From Octopus vulgaris (Eukaryota): a stretch of DNA of 64,000 nt. Below, piece after piece: positions 1 to 14,997 of the stretch. The DNA is taken from NCBI GenBank assembly GCA_951406725.2, contig OX597817.1, positions 171,368,001 through 171,432,000 of the forward strand. The letters run 5' to 3'. Position 1 is the stretch's first letter. Every line of letters begins with the position of its first letter. The position numbers and the translations under genes are program-made. The notes under the pieces were generated by a model. It was not told the DNA's origin and searched no databases. It was given only the letters and a program-made list of their open reading frames with translations.

Positions 1-176
1 TGCTGGTTTGTTTATGTCCCCGTAACTTAGCGGTTCGGCAAAAAGAGACCGATAGAATAAGTCTCACTCATTAGAAAACAAAAGAAACAGTGGGGTCGAC
101 TTGTTCGACTTAAAACCATGAAGACAGTATCCCAGCATGGCCGCAGTCCAACGACTGAAACAAGAAAAAGATAAAA
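1..176 (+). mobile_element. 3' half of bipartite tRNA-derived SINE (family A), cut by window start
   Basis: Matches the tail of full copies (gtccccgtaacttagcggttcggcaaaagagaccgatagaataag...ccagcatggccgcagtc...gactgaaacaag). Confidence 0.8.
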
Positions 177-632
177 GCACAAACGCGTTCGCAAGTTCCA
201 AAAACAAAACAAAAAACATTTTAAATAAAAAAAACAAACACTTGTTTGAGTTCTGCAGGATAATTGATCAATTAAACCCGAATTTGAATTATGTGTACAA
301 CAATCTATAAATGAATGCATTCGAAATAACTTCCCTAATCCTTGGTTGGAGGTTAAATATTTCTTCCTAAACTCTCCTAAACCCCCATGTTATAATGAAC
401 AGACGTCCCCACGTTATACACGAATACTGAAACTCCCCCCCTCATCCACAGTCTGGATCCTTTTTATGTCCACCTTCTTCTGTATGGAAATGCTCTGACA
501 TCAAGTCACCATTAACTCTTATTTTCTTCCCAGCCTCTCCCACCCAGTCTGAGATAATGTGGGGCAGCTTTCAATCTCATCAACCGCATATCTGCGCTCG
601 TCGCTCTACCATACTTTAGCCCTTCAATAACT

Positions 633-685
<53 letters not shown>

Positions 686-737
686 GCATATACATATATA
701 CATAGGCATACACACACACACATATATTTATATATAT

Positions 738-786
<49 letters not shown>

Positions 787-788
<2 letters not shown>

Positions 789-1160
789 TGTAGGAGAACT
801 GTGTGGTAAGTAGCTTGCTTACCAACCACATGGTTCCGGGTTCAGTCCCACTGCGTGGCACCTTGGGCAAATGTCTTCTACTATAGCCTCGGGCCGACCA
901 AAGCCTTGTGAGTGGATTTGGTAGACGGAAACTGAAAGAAGCCCGTCGTATATATGTATATATATTATGTGCGTGTGTGTTTGTGTGTCTGTGTTTGTCC
1001 CACAACCGATGCTGGTGTGTTTACATCCCCGTCACTTAACGGTTCGGCAAAAGAGACCGATAGAATAAGTACTGGGCTTACAAAGAATAAGTCGATTTGC
1101 TCGATTAAAGGTGGTGCTCCAGCATGGTCGCAGTCAAATGACTGAAACAAGTAAAAGAGT
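787..1160 (+). mobile_element. SINE family A (tRNA-like head, internal (TA)n(TG)n, conserved tail)
   Basis: Head ...tgtgtggtaagtagcttgc...ggttcagtccc (A/B-box-like), body gcaccttgggcaa..., internal microsatellite, tail ending gtaaaagag. Many near-identical copies in the window. Confidence 0.9.
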
Positions 1161-1499
1161 ATATATACATATACACATATACATATACATATATACACAC
1201 ATACATATATGTATACACATACACACACACACATATATTATTTTATTTGCTTCAGTTATTTGAGTGCGGCCATGCTGTAGCAACGTCTTATATGTACACA
1301 CACACACATGTATATCTATATACGATAAGTATCATAGTTTTTGTCCACTAAATCCATTCAGAAGGCTTTTTCCGTCGTCTCGGGGCTATAGTAAAAAAAA
1401 CACACTTGCCCAAGGCACCACAGAGTAGAACTGAACCCGAAAGCATGTGTTTCAGAAACAAACTTCTCAACTAAACATCCACGCCTTTACTGCGAACTA

Positions 1500-2518
1500 C
1501 TCAGCCACTTTGATTTCAGCTTCAGATTCTTCTTCTTTGTCATCGTGGCAATATGTTGTGCTTCAATCATTCACTAATAAATGCTGCTTCAGTAATGCGA
1601 TTGTTTTTGTAAAACGTAAATTGATAAATCCCTCCACAAACGATTTTTTTTTTCATTTCTACTTGACGATCCCGCATTTTGATTTGCGTGATAACCACAA
1701 GATACCAATGCGTTTGTCCCAAATACAGAACAGTATCTTTAATGTGGGGCAGAATCATGCGATTTTTCTCCAATTCTTTTCTGTTTGCTGTTACGAGGCG
1801 AAACCTAATTCTTCTGTCATTAAACAAATGAAATTTGCTGTGGAAATTTATTTTTTGTGGGTTTCACTATTTTTTTTCCCTCTGCTTTAACAATTTTGTA
1901 TGTACCTAATTTGAGCTACATTTTTATCCAACCGATTTGATGAAAATAACAAACAAAGCAAAGCTTACTGCTTGAGCCTTGATATGCAAACCAGCGACTG
2001 CCACTTTTAACTTGTTTCTTGTTGCAAGTTATACTACAATGACGTCTAAGCAACATCTTTTGGAAAACTGTCAAAATTATCGTTAAGATATGGATGACAA
2101 GGGACGAGATCAAGTGTTTCATAAAACGTGTGCATCACCATGTTTCGTATATATGAATGATTGCACAGTCTTGCTGTGCTATCTTCGTCCAAAGAACATG
2201 AAACAAAGGTTCCGATTTCACTGTCTTTATTGCCACAAAAGCCAGAGTGGTGACACCAGCCTTGGATTGAAATTAAGTACGAGCAAGTCTTAAGAGGATT
2301 CCGTCACCGGTTCAAACATCTTAGCCTAAGCAACGTCTCCGTTTTGTGGGTGCTGAAAATAGGTAGCAAGCATTCAGAGGGGGCCCTTCACTGGCGCAGC
2401 ATACGCAATCGGCATGCTGAATGACTCGAGATTTTGATAACTCGTTTTCTTCGTCTGCAATTTCTTTCATCTTTCTCTCCAACCCAGATACTTTCTTATT
2501 TGTTTTTTTCCTTGGCAT
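1500..2518 (-). pseudogene. Decayed hAT (ZMYM1/Tip100-like) transposase remnant
   Basis: Broken ORFs in the expected order: MPRKK..SGLERKMK (N-terminus), RWFAYQGSSSKLCFVCY (TTF-type zinc-finger-like), ELEKNRMILPHIKDTVLYLG. Boundaries approximate. Confidence 0.5.
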
Positions 2519-2613
2519 TCCTCACACACACACACACACACACACACACCTAATATTGTGTTAAGATTTCTAAGCAATCTTAACACGAATCTTGATACCA
2601 CATCTTTATAATT

Positions 2614-2826
2614 GTTTCAAATTTTAACACAAAGCCAGCAACTTCAGGGAAAGCGGTTAAGTCGATTAGATCGACCGCAGTTCTCAACTGGTACTTATTT
2701 TATCGACCTCGAATGAATGAAAGGCAAAGTCGACTTCGGCGGAATTTGAACTCAGAATGTAAGCACAAACGAAATGCTGCTAAGCATTTTGCCCGGCGTG
2801 CTAACAATTCTGCCAGCTCGCTGCCT
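2614..2826 (-). mobile_element. SINE family B (tRNA head plus Meta-domain-like core)
   Basis: Minus strand ggcagcgagctggcagaattgttagcacgccggg...gagttcaaattccgccgaagtcgactttgcctttcat...aaataagtaccag. Repeated many times in the window. Confidence 0.85.
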
Positions 2827-4538
2827 TATAATATCCTCATAATAAAACTTAAAAGTAACTTAAGTATTTGTCATATAAACTGGACAATAACCTTCCTACT
2901 AGAATGATCATAAATTCTAAGCGGATGGTTTTTGAGGTGGCTGTGTCGTACCAGGAGTTCTTGAAGCAATTATGTGTTTATGTCACCATAGATTGTATCG
3001 ACACGTGACAAGACTTTATTATAATAATTTATTTAGGGCAATGATCTTTGGTTCATCGTTGACTTTCAATTATCAACGAACGAATTGCGGAAATGCATGC
3101 TCATTTCTCTTTCTTTCACATCACGCGAAACATTTCATTTGCAACTGTACATAAATGTATTTCTTCTACTTTCATTAATTTCACGTTTCAGCAAGCGTCA
3201 TTAATTGCGAAACCTCATATATCTGATTTTGTGTTGTGGTTTGTGACATGAGAATTAAAAAAAATTAATAAATAAATGAGGAAGATGCTAAACACCACGA
3301 GATCGTTCGACGATGGAGAGCAGGTTATGACGTCACAGTGTTTTGGTTCCCAAGGTGGCAGGCGACCACCAACGCAACAAAGAAGACGGAGTACACAATT
3401 CGAAACATCGGGAGAGTTGACTGGATAGAGGAACGAATGAAGAAAGTTCTTCCAAGGACATATGACAAAGAGGGGGAAATGGTGAAGAATAAATGAATGA
3501 AATTATATTATTCGACTCCAGGGAAAGACGAATTTAAAACATGGTCTTTAAAAATTGCCTCTTTCAAAGAATGTGCACCAAAGGGGCGGTCGCACGTCTT
3601 GCCCAATCTCTCCTTAGAGATGCCACGACTTCAAAGTGAGCGTTAGCGCTCACAATTTGAAGAAACCCGATTAGTCCATTAATCACGCCTCCGTAACCAG
3701 CACTTTTATCCACCACATGGAATCACATTCCAGAAGACACAAGGAACAACCGTATCATATCCGCCCACAGACTATTTTCCTGTTTGGGCTGAATTGAACT
3801 CTTCTACCTCATTTCCTAATGCTATTACTACCTCCACTTGTCTTTATACATGTTTGTACGTTATGTAGAAATGCCACCAATAAAATATTTTCCATTGTGT
3901 GACAGCATGCTACTATGTTTATGTCCTGCAAGCCCGGAGCACAGCTTCCATTAGCGTGCGTATGTTGTGTATATCCGTACTTCTGCTAACAGTTTACACT
4001 CGCATGTGTCTGTCCCCATGTGTTAACGGTTCGCCAAAACAGCTAGATTTTGAGCGATCTTTTGTATACAATCGGACTGACACATGTCTAATACTAAAGC
4101 CTTTTGTAGGGTTATCTGACCTTGCCAATAAAATAATGCCCCTGCTTCTCTTTTACTGGCGGTCACGCCTGGAAAGGCTTTGACGAGCTGGCCCGAGCTG
4201 GGACTAGACGGCATCACAAGTTTCCTTGGATTCAACAGTATGTTTTACACACATTGATGTAAATAGTGACTTTATACACACTACGTGTAAAATTAGCCGT
4301 AAAAATATATTTAACTAAAAACAAAGGCGAATCAATTTATTTTGTATTAATTACTAATGATTAGCGAATTTGAAAGAAAAACAATAGACTTCGAAGTAAT
4401 TCTTAATAGAAACTGTAAATTAGACCCTTCTTCATACATTATAAACAAATATCCATCTGCTATATTTGTCGTTGGTTAACCCCAGCGCAGCAGGCCCATC
4501 ACGAGCAAGCAGACACTGAGAATGGTTTTGACTTGGAC

Positions 4539-4803
4539 CAGTGGTTCTTGACCGGGGACCATGTGGCCTTTGAGGGTCCATATAAAATTTTGTTGCTAGA
4601 ATTTATCTGCAATCAATTGGTTATACTTCTACAATACACAAAATGTTTTAACAATTATTTTGAAACAATTCTAATTATATTTCATTATAGAAATATAATA
4701 GAGTTTTTTTTTTTAACATCGAATGACGTGGAGGGTTCACCCGAGTAAAATAGGAATCAAAGGGGTCCGTACATAGGTAAGAAAAAATGGTTAAGTAACA
4801 CTG
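4539..4803. mobile_element. hAT-type MITE
   Basis: Imperfect TIRs cagtggttcttgacc ... ggttaagtaacactg. No clear TSD. Confidence 0.55.
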
Positions 4804-5632
4804 CATCCCTTCCATTTTTCTTTCTTTCATTGTTTAGAAATTGTTTTTCTCTTAAAACAGTAGCAGAGGAGGGCATTTGAGTGAGATTTGGCTACTATTT
4901 CTCACAATCCGAGAGAAGCTTCTTTCTAGAACCTCTTTCCGCTGTTTTGTAGTACAACCAGTTTCCTCGTATTTCGAATATTATCGTGGTATATTGGTTT
5001 TAATTGGTTAGTTGGTTTGGTTGGCATCGTAGAGTTAGAATTCCTGTAGATAACGTAATGTCGCTTATACTTGTAAAAACATAAGACTGGCAGGCAGTTA
5101 GACACGTGCTTATACTTACACATTCTACGTAATCACTAGACCTGCAAGAAATAGCAACCGATTCTTCTTCAAATTACATCCTACAGTCTCAAAACAAAAC
5201 AAAAAAAGAAGAAAAAGAAAATAGGAGCCGAGTTAGTAGTACTCACACACACACACATATTACAAGCATGTGTGATTGCTTGAAGATATGAGCACACGTA
5301 GACCTACACATGCATACATAATTACAAACAGATAGAAGTCAGCTCATTCACACACACTCACATGCGACGAGCATCCAATATGGCATTTGTACACATAGTT
5401 GTATTTAGTCATACACTCTTTCACACACATACGTACACAATAAGACACGGGTGTATGCACACATGTGTCCGTTGACATACTAAAAAAACCAGGCGAAAAC
5501 GAAAAAACCAGGCTCTATGCACGGACACAAATGCGCACATAAACGCGAACAAGCGCTGCCTTGACGCTAATAAACATTAACACGGATGCACGCAATATGT
5601 ATATATATGTTTGTATAAAGAAATGTGTGTGC

Positions 5633-5672
<40 letters not shown>

Positions 5673-5702
5673 AAGAAACGTGTATGCGTATATACATGTC
5701 TG

Positions 5703-5747
<45 letters not shown>

Positions 5748-5996
5748 GCCGAAATTGCTAGGATGATCCGGTTCCTGACTGAAGATTAGAGGCTTCGAAT
5801 GACCCATCCGTTTTTTGTGTCGTCTATTTGTGTGTTTTGTGTTCTTGTCCCATTTTGTATTTCTATAATTTTTATACATACATATATATATATATATATA
5901 TAAATACACACACACATACATACATATATATATATATACATACATATATAAATATATACACACTCAAACACACATATATATTTTTATACATATATA

Positions 5997-6177
5997 AGCG
6001 TAGGAGTGGCTGTGTGGTAAGTAGCTTGTTTGCCAGCCACATGGTTCCGGGTTCAGTCCCACTGCATGGCACCTTGGGCAAGTGTTTTCTATTATAGCTT
6101 CAGGCCGACCAAAGCCTTGTGAGCAGATTTCATAGACAAAAACTAAAAGAAGCCCATCATATAAATATAATTAGATA

Positions 6178-6222
<45 letters not shown>

Positions 6223-6450
6223 GTATGTATGTGTGTGTATATTTTTGTGTGTCTGTATTTGTCCCCACCCCCAGCGTCGCTTGACAACCTATGCTGGTGT
6301 GTATACGTCTCCCTAACACTTCAGTTTGACAAACGGGGCCTATAGGAAAAGTACTAGGTTTACAACGAATAACTGCTGGGGCTGATTTGTTCTATTAATG
6401 GTGGTGCTACAGCATGGCAGTAGTCAAATGACTGAAAGAATAAAAGAATA
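5997..6450 (+). mobile_element. SINE family A
   Basis: Full head, internal microsatellite, diverged tail. Confidence 0.85.
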
Positions 6451-6852
6451 CACAATACACACACACACACATATATACGCACATATATATACATATACTA
6501 TATCTACATATACTATATCTACATATACACACATATATATACACACATATATACATACATACATATATATATATACACACACACACATATATATATACAC
6601 ACATACACACACACACATATATATATACACACATACACACACACACATATATATATACATACACACACACACATATATATACACACACATACACACATAT
6701 ATATATACACACACACACACATATATTTATACACACACACACATACATATACACACACACACACACATACATATACACACACACACACACATACATATAC
6801 ACACACACACACACATACATACACACACACACACACACATACATATACACAC

Positions 6853-6895
<43 letters not shown>

Positions 6896-7575
6896 CTAGC
6901 TGGTGTACCCGGTAATTCCTTATTACTCTGATATAAGAAAGCAATTTCGTTAGAACTGCCACAAAAGGTGTATTTTCCGGCACAAAAAAGTACAAAAAAC
7001 TGTCAGCTGGATGAGGGTGACATTGTTGCAGGTTGGCGAGAGAGGTTTCCGGAGGTTGGCGAGAAAGATTGTTGGAGGTTAGTAAGAGGGGTTGTCAGAG
7101 GTTAACGAGAGGCAAAGACATTATTCTGCTTAGTGAAGGCATCTGTGAAATGTATAACTTCTGTCATTCACAGAAAAACTTTTGTTTTACTGTGAGAAAA
7201 GCGCTGTTGAAAGTGAAATTTGGCAATCGAGGATCAAATAAGACACACCAAAAATCAATATATAAAGTAACCGAACATAAACAATGAAACTGGTTATTTC
7301 CCTTGAGTGTTTAAAGAAATATTGTACAGGTGCTATGGGTTACTTCCCTCCGGTATTTAAATGAAAAATCATCTATATTAGGTAGATATAAAGATCCCTT
7401 CCAGGGGCCATATTATCGATTATTTGGACAATCTAAGTATGTCAAGGAGTTTGCATACATGAGTTCTACTCACAAATCAAGCTTCATCAAGATCAATAAA
7501 ATGATGTAGGAAGAGTTAGCGAACAACGCCACAAACAAACACACCACAATGTTCCATATGTGTAATTTATACATT
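6896..7575 (-). mobile_element. Non-autonomous Helitron-like element (family 2)
   Basis: CTAG 3' end at 6896 next to (TA)n. The far end carries aagcttcatcaagatc...caaacaaacac, typical of Lep1-like Helitrons. 5' boundary approximate. Confidence 0.5.
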
Positions 7576-7614
7576 ATATATATATATATATGTATATGTG
7601 TATATATATATATA

Positions 7615-7692
<78 letters not shown>

Positions 7693-7994
7693 ATATATAT
7701 ATATTCCCAAAAGTTAGAGGTTGTGAATACAACCGACTAAGGGATAATATCTATCCAATATACTGCTGGTAGAATACCCAATTATTAATACACAGGTGTT
7801 TTTTATTGCATTGTAATTACATTACCTGGTGTACTAAATGGGTGAAGGTAAAGAGATATTTTACCATCAATTTATATTGCAATTAAGAAAATGGAGGGGA
7901 TCAATAGGTGGTTCATCAACTTTTAGACATTAATAATTACTGGTATCCTTATATATTACTACATCTTATATCTTATATGTAAAGCATATGTTAC

Positions 7995-8025
<31 letters not shown>

Positions 8026-8087
8026 TTATATATACATATATATACATGAATATATATAAAAACATTTACATGCATACATATATACAT

Positions 8088-8133
<46 letters not shown>

Positions 8134-8144
8134 CTAAATATATA

Positions 8145-8196
<52 letters not shown>

Positions 8197-8198
<2 letters not shown>

Positions 8199-8396
8199 TA
8201 ATCCAAACAAGAAAGCACAAAAAAAACACAACAAAGCGAGGACGTGGAACAAATATAGTATTATTGGACGCTCAGGAAAGAAGGGAAGAAGGAGGGTTTA
8301 ACATTTCGAGCGGAGCTCTTCGTCGGAAACATAGGAGAAGAAGAGATCCACAGAAGGGAAGACAGAGGAAAAAAATCGCCAACGGTACACACACGG

Positions 8397-8400
<4 letters not shown>
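8197..8400 (-). mobile_element. Penelope-like pLTR fragment with minimal hammerhead-like motif (8296-8330)
   Basis: Minus strand gttt-ccgacga-a-gagc-tcc-gctc-gaaatgtt-aaac. Second copy at 18812. Flanked by microsatellites. Confidence 0.65.
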
Positions 8401-8460
<60 letters not shown>

Positions 8461-8536
8461 TCATTTAGAGATAGTAGGCCCCTTCATCTCACCATATAAA
8501 AGAAATCTAATTTAAATACTTACTACTTTATAACTT

Positions 8537-8631
8537 GGCTACATTTGTTTCATAAGGTACATTTCCTGGTTCCTTAACCACGCCGTGTTTTGCTGCAACC
8601 ATTCATAAAATATAACCCCAATCATCGGGCC
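8537..8631 (-). ncRNA. Type-I hammerhead-like motif with long stem II insert
   Basis: ggc-ccgatga-ttggggt...accttat-gaaac-aaat-gta-gcc. Stem I ggc/gcc, U4C core change. Confidence 0.5.
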
Positions 8632-8826
8632 CCTATCTCACTTTCTCATAGTTTGATACTGTAAACTATATTTTAATTTTTTAAACAAATAAGTATGTGT
8701 AAAATAGGTTCGCCGGACCCTACTGTACCAGCCATAACGTAATTCAAATACATGATTAGCAGAGAGTATTTTAAAAATACACTTGGAACTATACACACAC
8801 ATACATACACATATATACATTTATCT

Positions 8827-8875
<49 letters not shown>

Positions 8876-8897
8876 CATATAGATGCATATATATGCT

Positions 8898-8929
<32 letters not shown>

Positions 8930-9090
8930 GATGCATATATATGCTTATATATATATATATATATATATACATATAGATGCATATATATGCTTATATATAT
9001 ATATATATATATACACACACAGATATATATGTATATATACATATATATATATACATATATATATACATATATATATACATATATATATAC

Positions 9091-9123
<33 letters not shown>

Positions 9124-9124
9124 C

Positions 9125-9249
<125 letters not shown>

Positions 9250-9304
9250 CACACACACACATATACATATATATATATACACACATATACAGATTTTCAT
9301 ATAT

Positions 9305-9381
<77 letters not shown>

Positions 9382-9478
9382 GTATATTTGCCATCTGAAT
9401 ATGGCTAACCACTAAGGGTGCATGTTACTGTAGCTTGTAACCCCAGGAAAACATCTCGTTCAGAGAATTATTAATATT

Positions 9479-9523
<45 letters not shown>

Positions 9524-10047
9524 AGCTATACTAGTACATGAATAAATATCCGTGTGCACATTTGTACACAACTAGATTTGCGCAATACTTAGAGACCTGC
9601 ATGTGTATCGCCAAATCCACACATGCACTGACCTATGTACGTACATTCACATGGAGACTCAAAATATATATATACAAAAACGAAGGAACCTCAACGCTGT
9701 TAGAAATCCCAGTCCAATCCCATTGAGTCCCCACCCTGTCGTCTTAAAAATGGAAGGACACAAGGAATGTTGTTCTTGGATAATAAAAAGACGGAATGGT
9801 CAAGGCTGGAAAGCTATTTGCTGTGTAGGGTTACTCGATCAGGAATGGACTTAGGCTTTACTAATACAAGGAGACATATGCTCATACCTACAAACACGGA
9901 TAAACGTGTATGTGTGCGTGTGTGTGCGTGTGTGTGTGTGTGTGTGTGTATGTGTGTGTGTGTGTGTATACATACACGGATATTCTTGTAGATAGCGACA
10001 TATAACCACAGACATACAAACGTGTGTGTATGTGTTCGCGCGCCCGC

Positions 10048-10087
10048 GATAGATAGATAGATAGATAGATTGATAGATCGATAGATC

Positions 10088-10163
<76 letters not shown>

Positions 10164-10179
10164 GATAGATAGATAGATT

Positions 10180-10277
<98 letters not shown>
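10048..10277. repeat. (GATA)n tetranucleotide microsatellite
   Basis: Direct reading. Confidence 0.95.
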
Positions 10278-11783
10278 CATCGTTAGAGATATACATACGT
10301 ACGAACATACATGCATATATATACAGATATATATATATACGTACAAATATATATTACAAATGTATACATATACATACAAGCATATATATATATATATATA
10401 TATATTCTTATACATACAGACACATATATAAACATGCTTACTTACACCCAATGTTGCATACAAACATGCATACGTACATACATACATACGTAGTACATAC
10501 ATACATACATACATACATACATACATAGACAAACAACAAATACAAATATTCACACATGGAAGAGGAAAACATGACCATAAAGCAAAGTATCGATGCATAA
10601 CAAAAGTCCGTGATGAATGGATCACGTATAACGCAATGTCTGGAAAGAATGGTGTGTATGCCGTGTACATGTGTTGTTATCATCACATCGATCCCATGCC
10701 GCGATACTATATAATTAACGAGATATCTTTTTTTTCATTTCATTTTAATTCATTCTAATCATACTGGGATTGTTTTCGCTTGTTATGGGTGTTTTTTTTT
10801 GTCTGTCTTAGGGATATCTTCTCTTCTGCATTTTAAAATACTTCCATTTGACATTGGATGAAGACGAATAAAGAAAAAAAAGAGAAAGAGAACTCAATAT
10901 GAGACAAACTTTCGCACAAGCAGATAGAAAGAAGAAAAAAGTAAATATGAGAGGTAAATAGATATGTTTCTTTATTAGCCACACAGGGCTGCACATAGAT
11001 AAATATGTAGGTAGGTATGTATGTATGTATATTTTATTAGAGGATATGCTAACCTCGTGAAGGGATGGTTGCATCCAAGGAAATACTGGTTCAATACCTA
11101 GTATTGTTTGGGGATGAAATTCCTTTTAAAGCAATAGGTATATATTAAGCATATAGTTTATATCTAGTTAAAAGAAGAAAAGGAAATGGAGATAAGGAAG
11201 TGAACAATTATTTATCAACAAATTGGTCATCTTCGCTTCTTAATACACAACTGTCAACCTCCTATCTCCATTTTCGTTTCTTCTTTTAACAAGATAGACA
11301 GATAAATAAAAGAGATAGACAGGTGGATAGACAGGTAGGTGGGTAGATAAATACGTAGGTAAGTGGATAAACAGAAAGATAGATGTGTATGTTTATAGAC
11401 AGAAAGACAGACAGGTATGTCGATCAAGAGACGCACTGACTGATAGAAAGACAGAGGAAAAAGCGAAAAGGAGATAAATTGGGCAACGATAGACGCTTAA
11501 AAAGAGGCAAAAAGATGAACAGAGAAAAGTCCAGATCAACAGACAGAACAAAAGAGATGTCTATTTAATGCCAGCAACACACACACACACACACACACGA
11601 CAGGACACGCAAATTCTTTATCTGAAGACATTTTCAAATGAAACAACTGCGGCGGTACTCCAGCATGGCCACAGTCCTACAACTGAAACCATTAAAAGAA
11701 TATATATATATATATATGCATATGTATATATTTTTATTTATAATTGCACATACACACAACACACACACATGCGAACACACGTT

Positions 11784-11833
<50 letters not shown>

Positions 11834-11937
11834 AATAAATATGTATGCGTAAATGTGTGTGTATATATATATATATATATATGTATATGAGCGTAGGTAC
11901 GTATGTGTATAAATATATAGATACACACTCACATACA

Positions 11938-12074
<137 letters not shown>

Positions 12075-12110
12075 AAGATAGAGAGAGAGAAAGACAGACA
12101 GAAAGATAGA

Positions 12111-12146
<36 letters not shown>

Positions 12147-12193
12147 AACAGATATATAGATAGATCGATAGATAGAGATAGATACATAGACAT

Positions 12194-12254
<61 letters not shown>

Positions 12255-12554
12255 GATATATAGATAAAAGATAGACAGATAGATATAGATATTTTTTTTC
12301 TAATTACAATATGACAAGTATAATAATTACAACAAAAGGCAAAAAGTGTGACAAGAAAGCTGTGTCCTCCACTGACCGATAGATAACAACACTCTGCAGT
12401 TCCTCTTCAGATCCTATTTGGTGGCCACCGTTTCTCCTCCACCACTAAACTCTCTCCTTCTTACAACCAACGGTTTGTTATTGTTATCATTTGCAGAATG
12501 AAGTCAGTGTCGGCGGAAGTTGAGGACGATTACTCACTCTTGCCAATTTACAGC

Positions 12555-13250
12555 TTCTCCCCTCTCTCTCTCTCTCTGTATATCTCTTTTTCTTTTTCTG
12601 TCTTTCTTTCTCTCCCTTTCTCTAAATATGTCCCTTTTTCTTTTTCTCTCTTAATTGCTCTTCCTCTCTCTCTCTCTTTTCACTTCCCACCCTCCCTCGC
12701 TTTCTTTTCGCGTCTCTTCTCTTTCTCTTCGCCTCTTTTTTCTCTCTCTTTTCTTCCCCCTCTTCCTCCCTCCCCTTTTCATTTCTCTCCCCTCTACCAT
12801 CCCCCTCTTTTTCTCTCTTAATTGCTCTTCCTCTCTCTCTTTCACTTCCCACCCACCCTCGCTTTCTTTTCGCGTCTCTTCTCTTTCTCTTTCTCTTTCT
12901 CTTCGCCTCTTTTTTTCTTCTCTTTTCTTCCCCTCTTCCTCCCTCCCCTTTTCAGTTCTCTCCCCTCTACCATCCCCCTCTCATGTCGTTCTCCTTCCCC
13001 TCCCACTTTCCTCTCTCTCTTTTCTGCTTTCCTCTTCCAACTTTCTTCCTTCCCCTTCCCACTTTTCTTTCTCCCTCTCTTCTTTCCAACTTTCTCTCAC
13101 GCTTCCCATCAGCCTTTCTCTTTTTCTCCCTTCACAACTTTCTTCCTTCCTTCTTTCCTTCCCTTTTCTTTCACTCTCCCTTCATATCTCTCACACTTCT
13201 TTTTTCTCTTTCCTTTCCCTACTTTCTTTTCCTTTCTCTATCACTTTCCA

Positions 13251-13303
<53 letters not shown>

Positions 13304-13952
13304 CCCATCTTTCTTTCTCTTCCCCTTCCCATGTTTCTCTCTCACTTCCCTTCTTGTTCCTTCTCTTTCCTTTTCCATGTCACTTCCCTCTTCTCATCTT
13401 TGTGTCTTTATCTCTCTTCCTTCCCATCATTTTCTCTCTCTCCTCTCTCATTCCTCTCTCATCATGTCTTCCTCTTTATTGTTATTCTTCCTCCACCCAT
13501 CTTCCTCTCTCACCTTTATTGGTTTTATTTGTTTTTCCTTCATTTTTTTAGCTTACCTCCCTCCCATTCTCTCTCTCTCCCTCTCTCTCTCTTTCACCTT
13601 CTTTTCTTTCTTAATATATTTTCCCTCCCTCTTTCTCATTCTGTTTTTCTCTTACTGCTACTCTCATCTGCGCTTTCTTTCGTCTGCTCTCGGGAACCAA
13701 CTCTTTCTCTCACACTTTCTTACTCTCTTTCTTTCCCTCTTTTTTTCCGTCTGTCCTCTCACTCTTCTTGTCTCACACTCACTCTCTCATTCTCTCTTTT
13801 CCTGTCTCTCTCTCTCTCTCTCACCCTCACTCTCGTAACTTTATTGCCGTTCTATCTCTCTCCCCTTCTCCCCCCCCTCTCTCTCTCTTCTCTCTTCATT
13901 TTCCTGTATAATAATTTATTCCACCATCCACCAATACTCTCTCCTCTCTCCT
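12555..13952. repeat. 1.4-kb polypyrimidine (CT-rich) low-complexity tract with internal ~167-bp duplication
   Basis: Plus strand almost all C/T. The block ttaattgctcttcctctc...cacttcccaccc starts at 12651 and again at 12818. Confidence 0.85.
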
Positions 13953-14245
13953 AAACACATCGTTATTTATCTGTCCATAGATCTCAAGTCTGTAGTTTTA
14001 AAAAGCTGGGAGCAGAAGCTATTATAGAATGAATTCACGCATTGTGATTTTAATTCGTCACAGGTATTTTAAGATAGCTCTGAATACACACTTCATTTTA
14101 CTTGTGTCTCAGTTCACCTAATTGTGGCCAGTTCCTGTAGGAATGTTACATGTTACACACTGGCAATTATCCAGGAGATTTGCATCTCTTCTAACATTTT
14201 GCAACGAGGAGCCAAAAAATTGCTTATAACCAGTGAAAATAATAC

Positions 14246-14289
<44 letters not shown>

Positions 14290-14344
14290 TATACACACAC
14301 ACACACATATATACACACACACACATATACACATACACACACAT

Positions 14345-14406
<62 letters not shown>

Positions 14407-14472
14407 ACACACACACATACACACACACATACATACAAACACACATACACACACACACACATACATACACAT

Positions 14473-14506
<34 letters not shown>

Positions 14507-14520
14507 TTACATACATACAT

Positions 14521-14931
14521 ACTTTTATTCTTTTACTTGTTTCAGTCATTTGACTGCGGTCATGCTGGAGCATCGCCTTTAGTTGAGCAAATCGACCCCG
14601 GGACTTATTCTTTGTAAGCCTAGTACTTATTCTATCGGTCTGTCGGTCTCTTTGACCGAACCGCTAAGTTACGGGGAGGTAAACACGCCAGCATCGGTTG
14701 TCAGGCGATGTTGGGAGACAAACACACACACATATGTATATATATATATATATGTAAGAGTTTATATACGACGGGCTTCTTTCAGTTTCCGTCTACCAAA
14801 TCCACTCACAAGGCTTTCGTCGGCCCGAGGCTATAGCAGAAGACACTTGCCCCCGGTGCCACGCAGTGGGAATGAACACGGTACTATGTTCTTGGTAAGC
14901 AAGGTACTTACCACACAGCCACTCCTGCGCC
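14521..14931 (-). mobile_element. SINE family A
   Basis: Full-length reverse-complement copy. Confidence 0.9.
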
Positions 14932-14997
14932 TATGATAGAGTACAAATTTACAATTCTTTTGCTCGAATAGTATTGACAGTGACTCTGGATTTCGGC

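Noticed and set aside
787-860. tRNA-like sequences at SINE heads
   Set aside because: No complete cloverleaf, and always fused to SINE bodies.
5745-5875. ctgaaga-containing island between (TA)n tracts
   Set aside because: No convincing GAAA/NUH half or stem I. It may be a pLTR fragment but is not supportable as an HHR.
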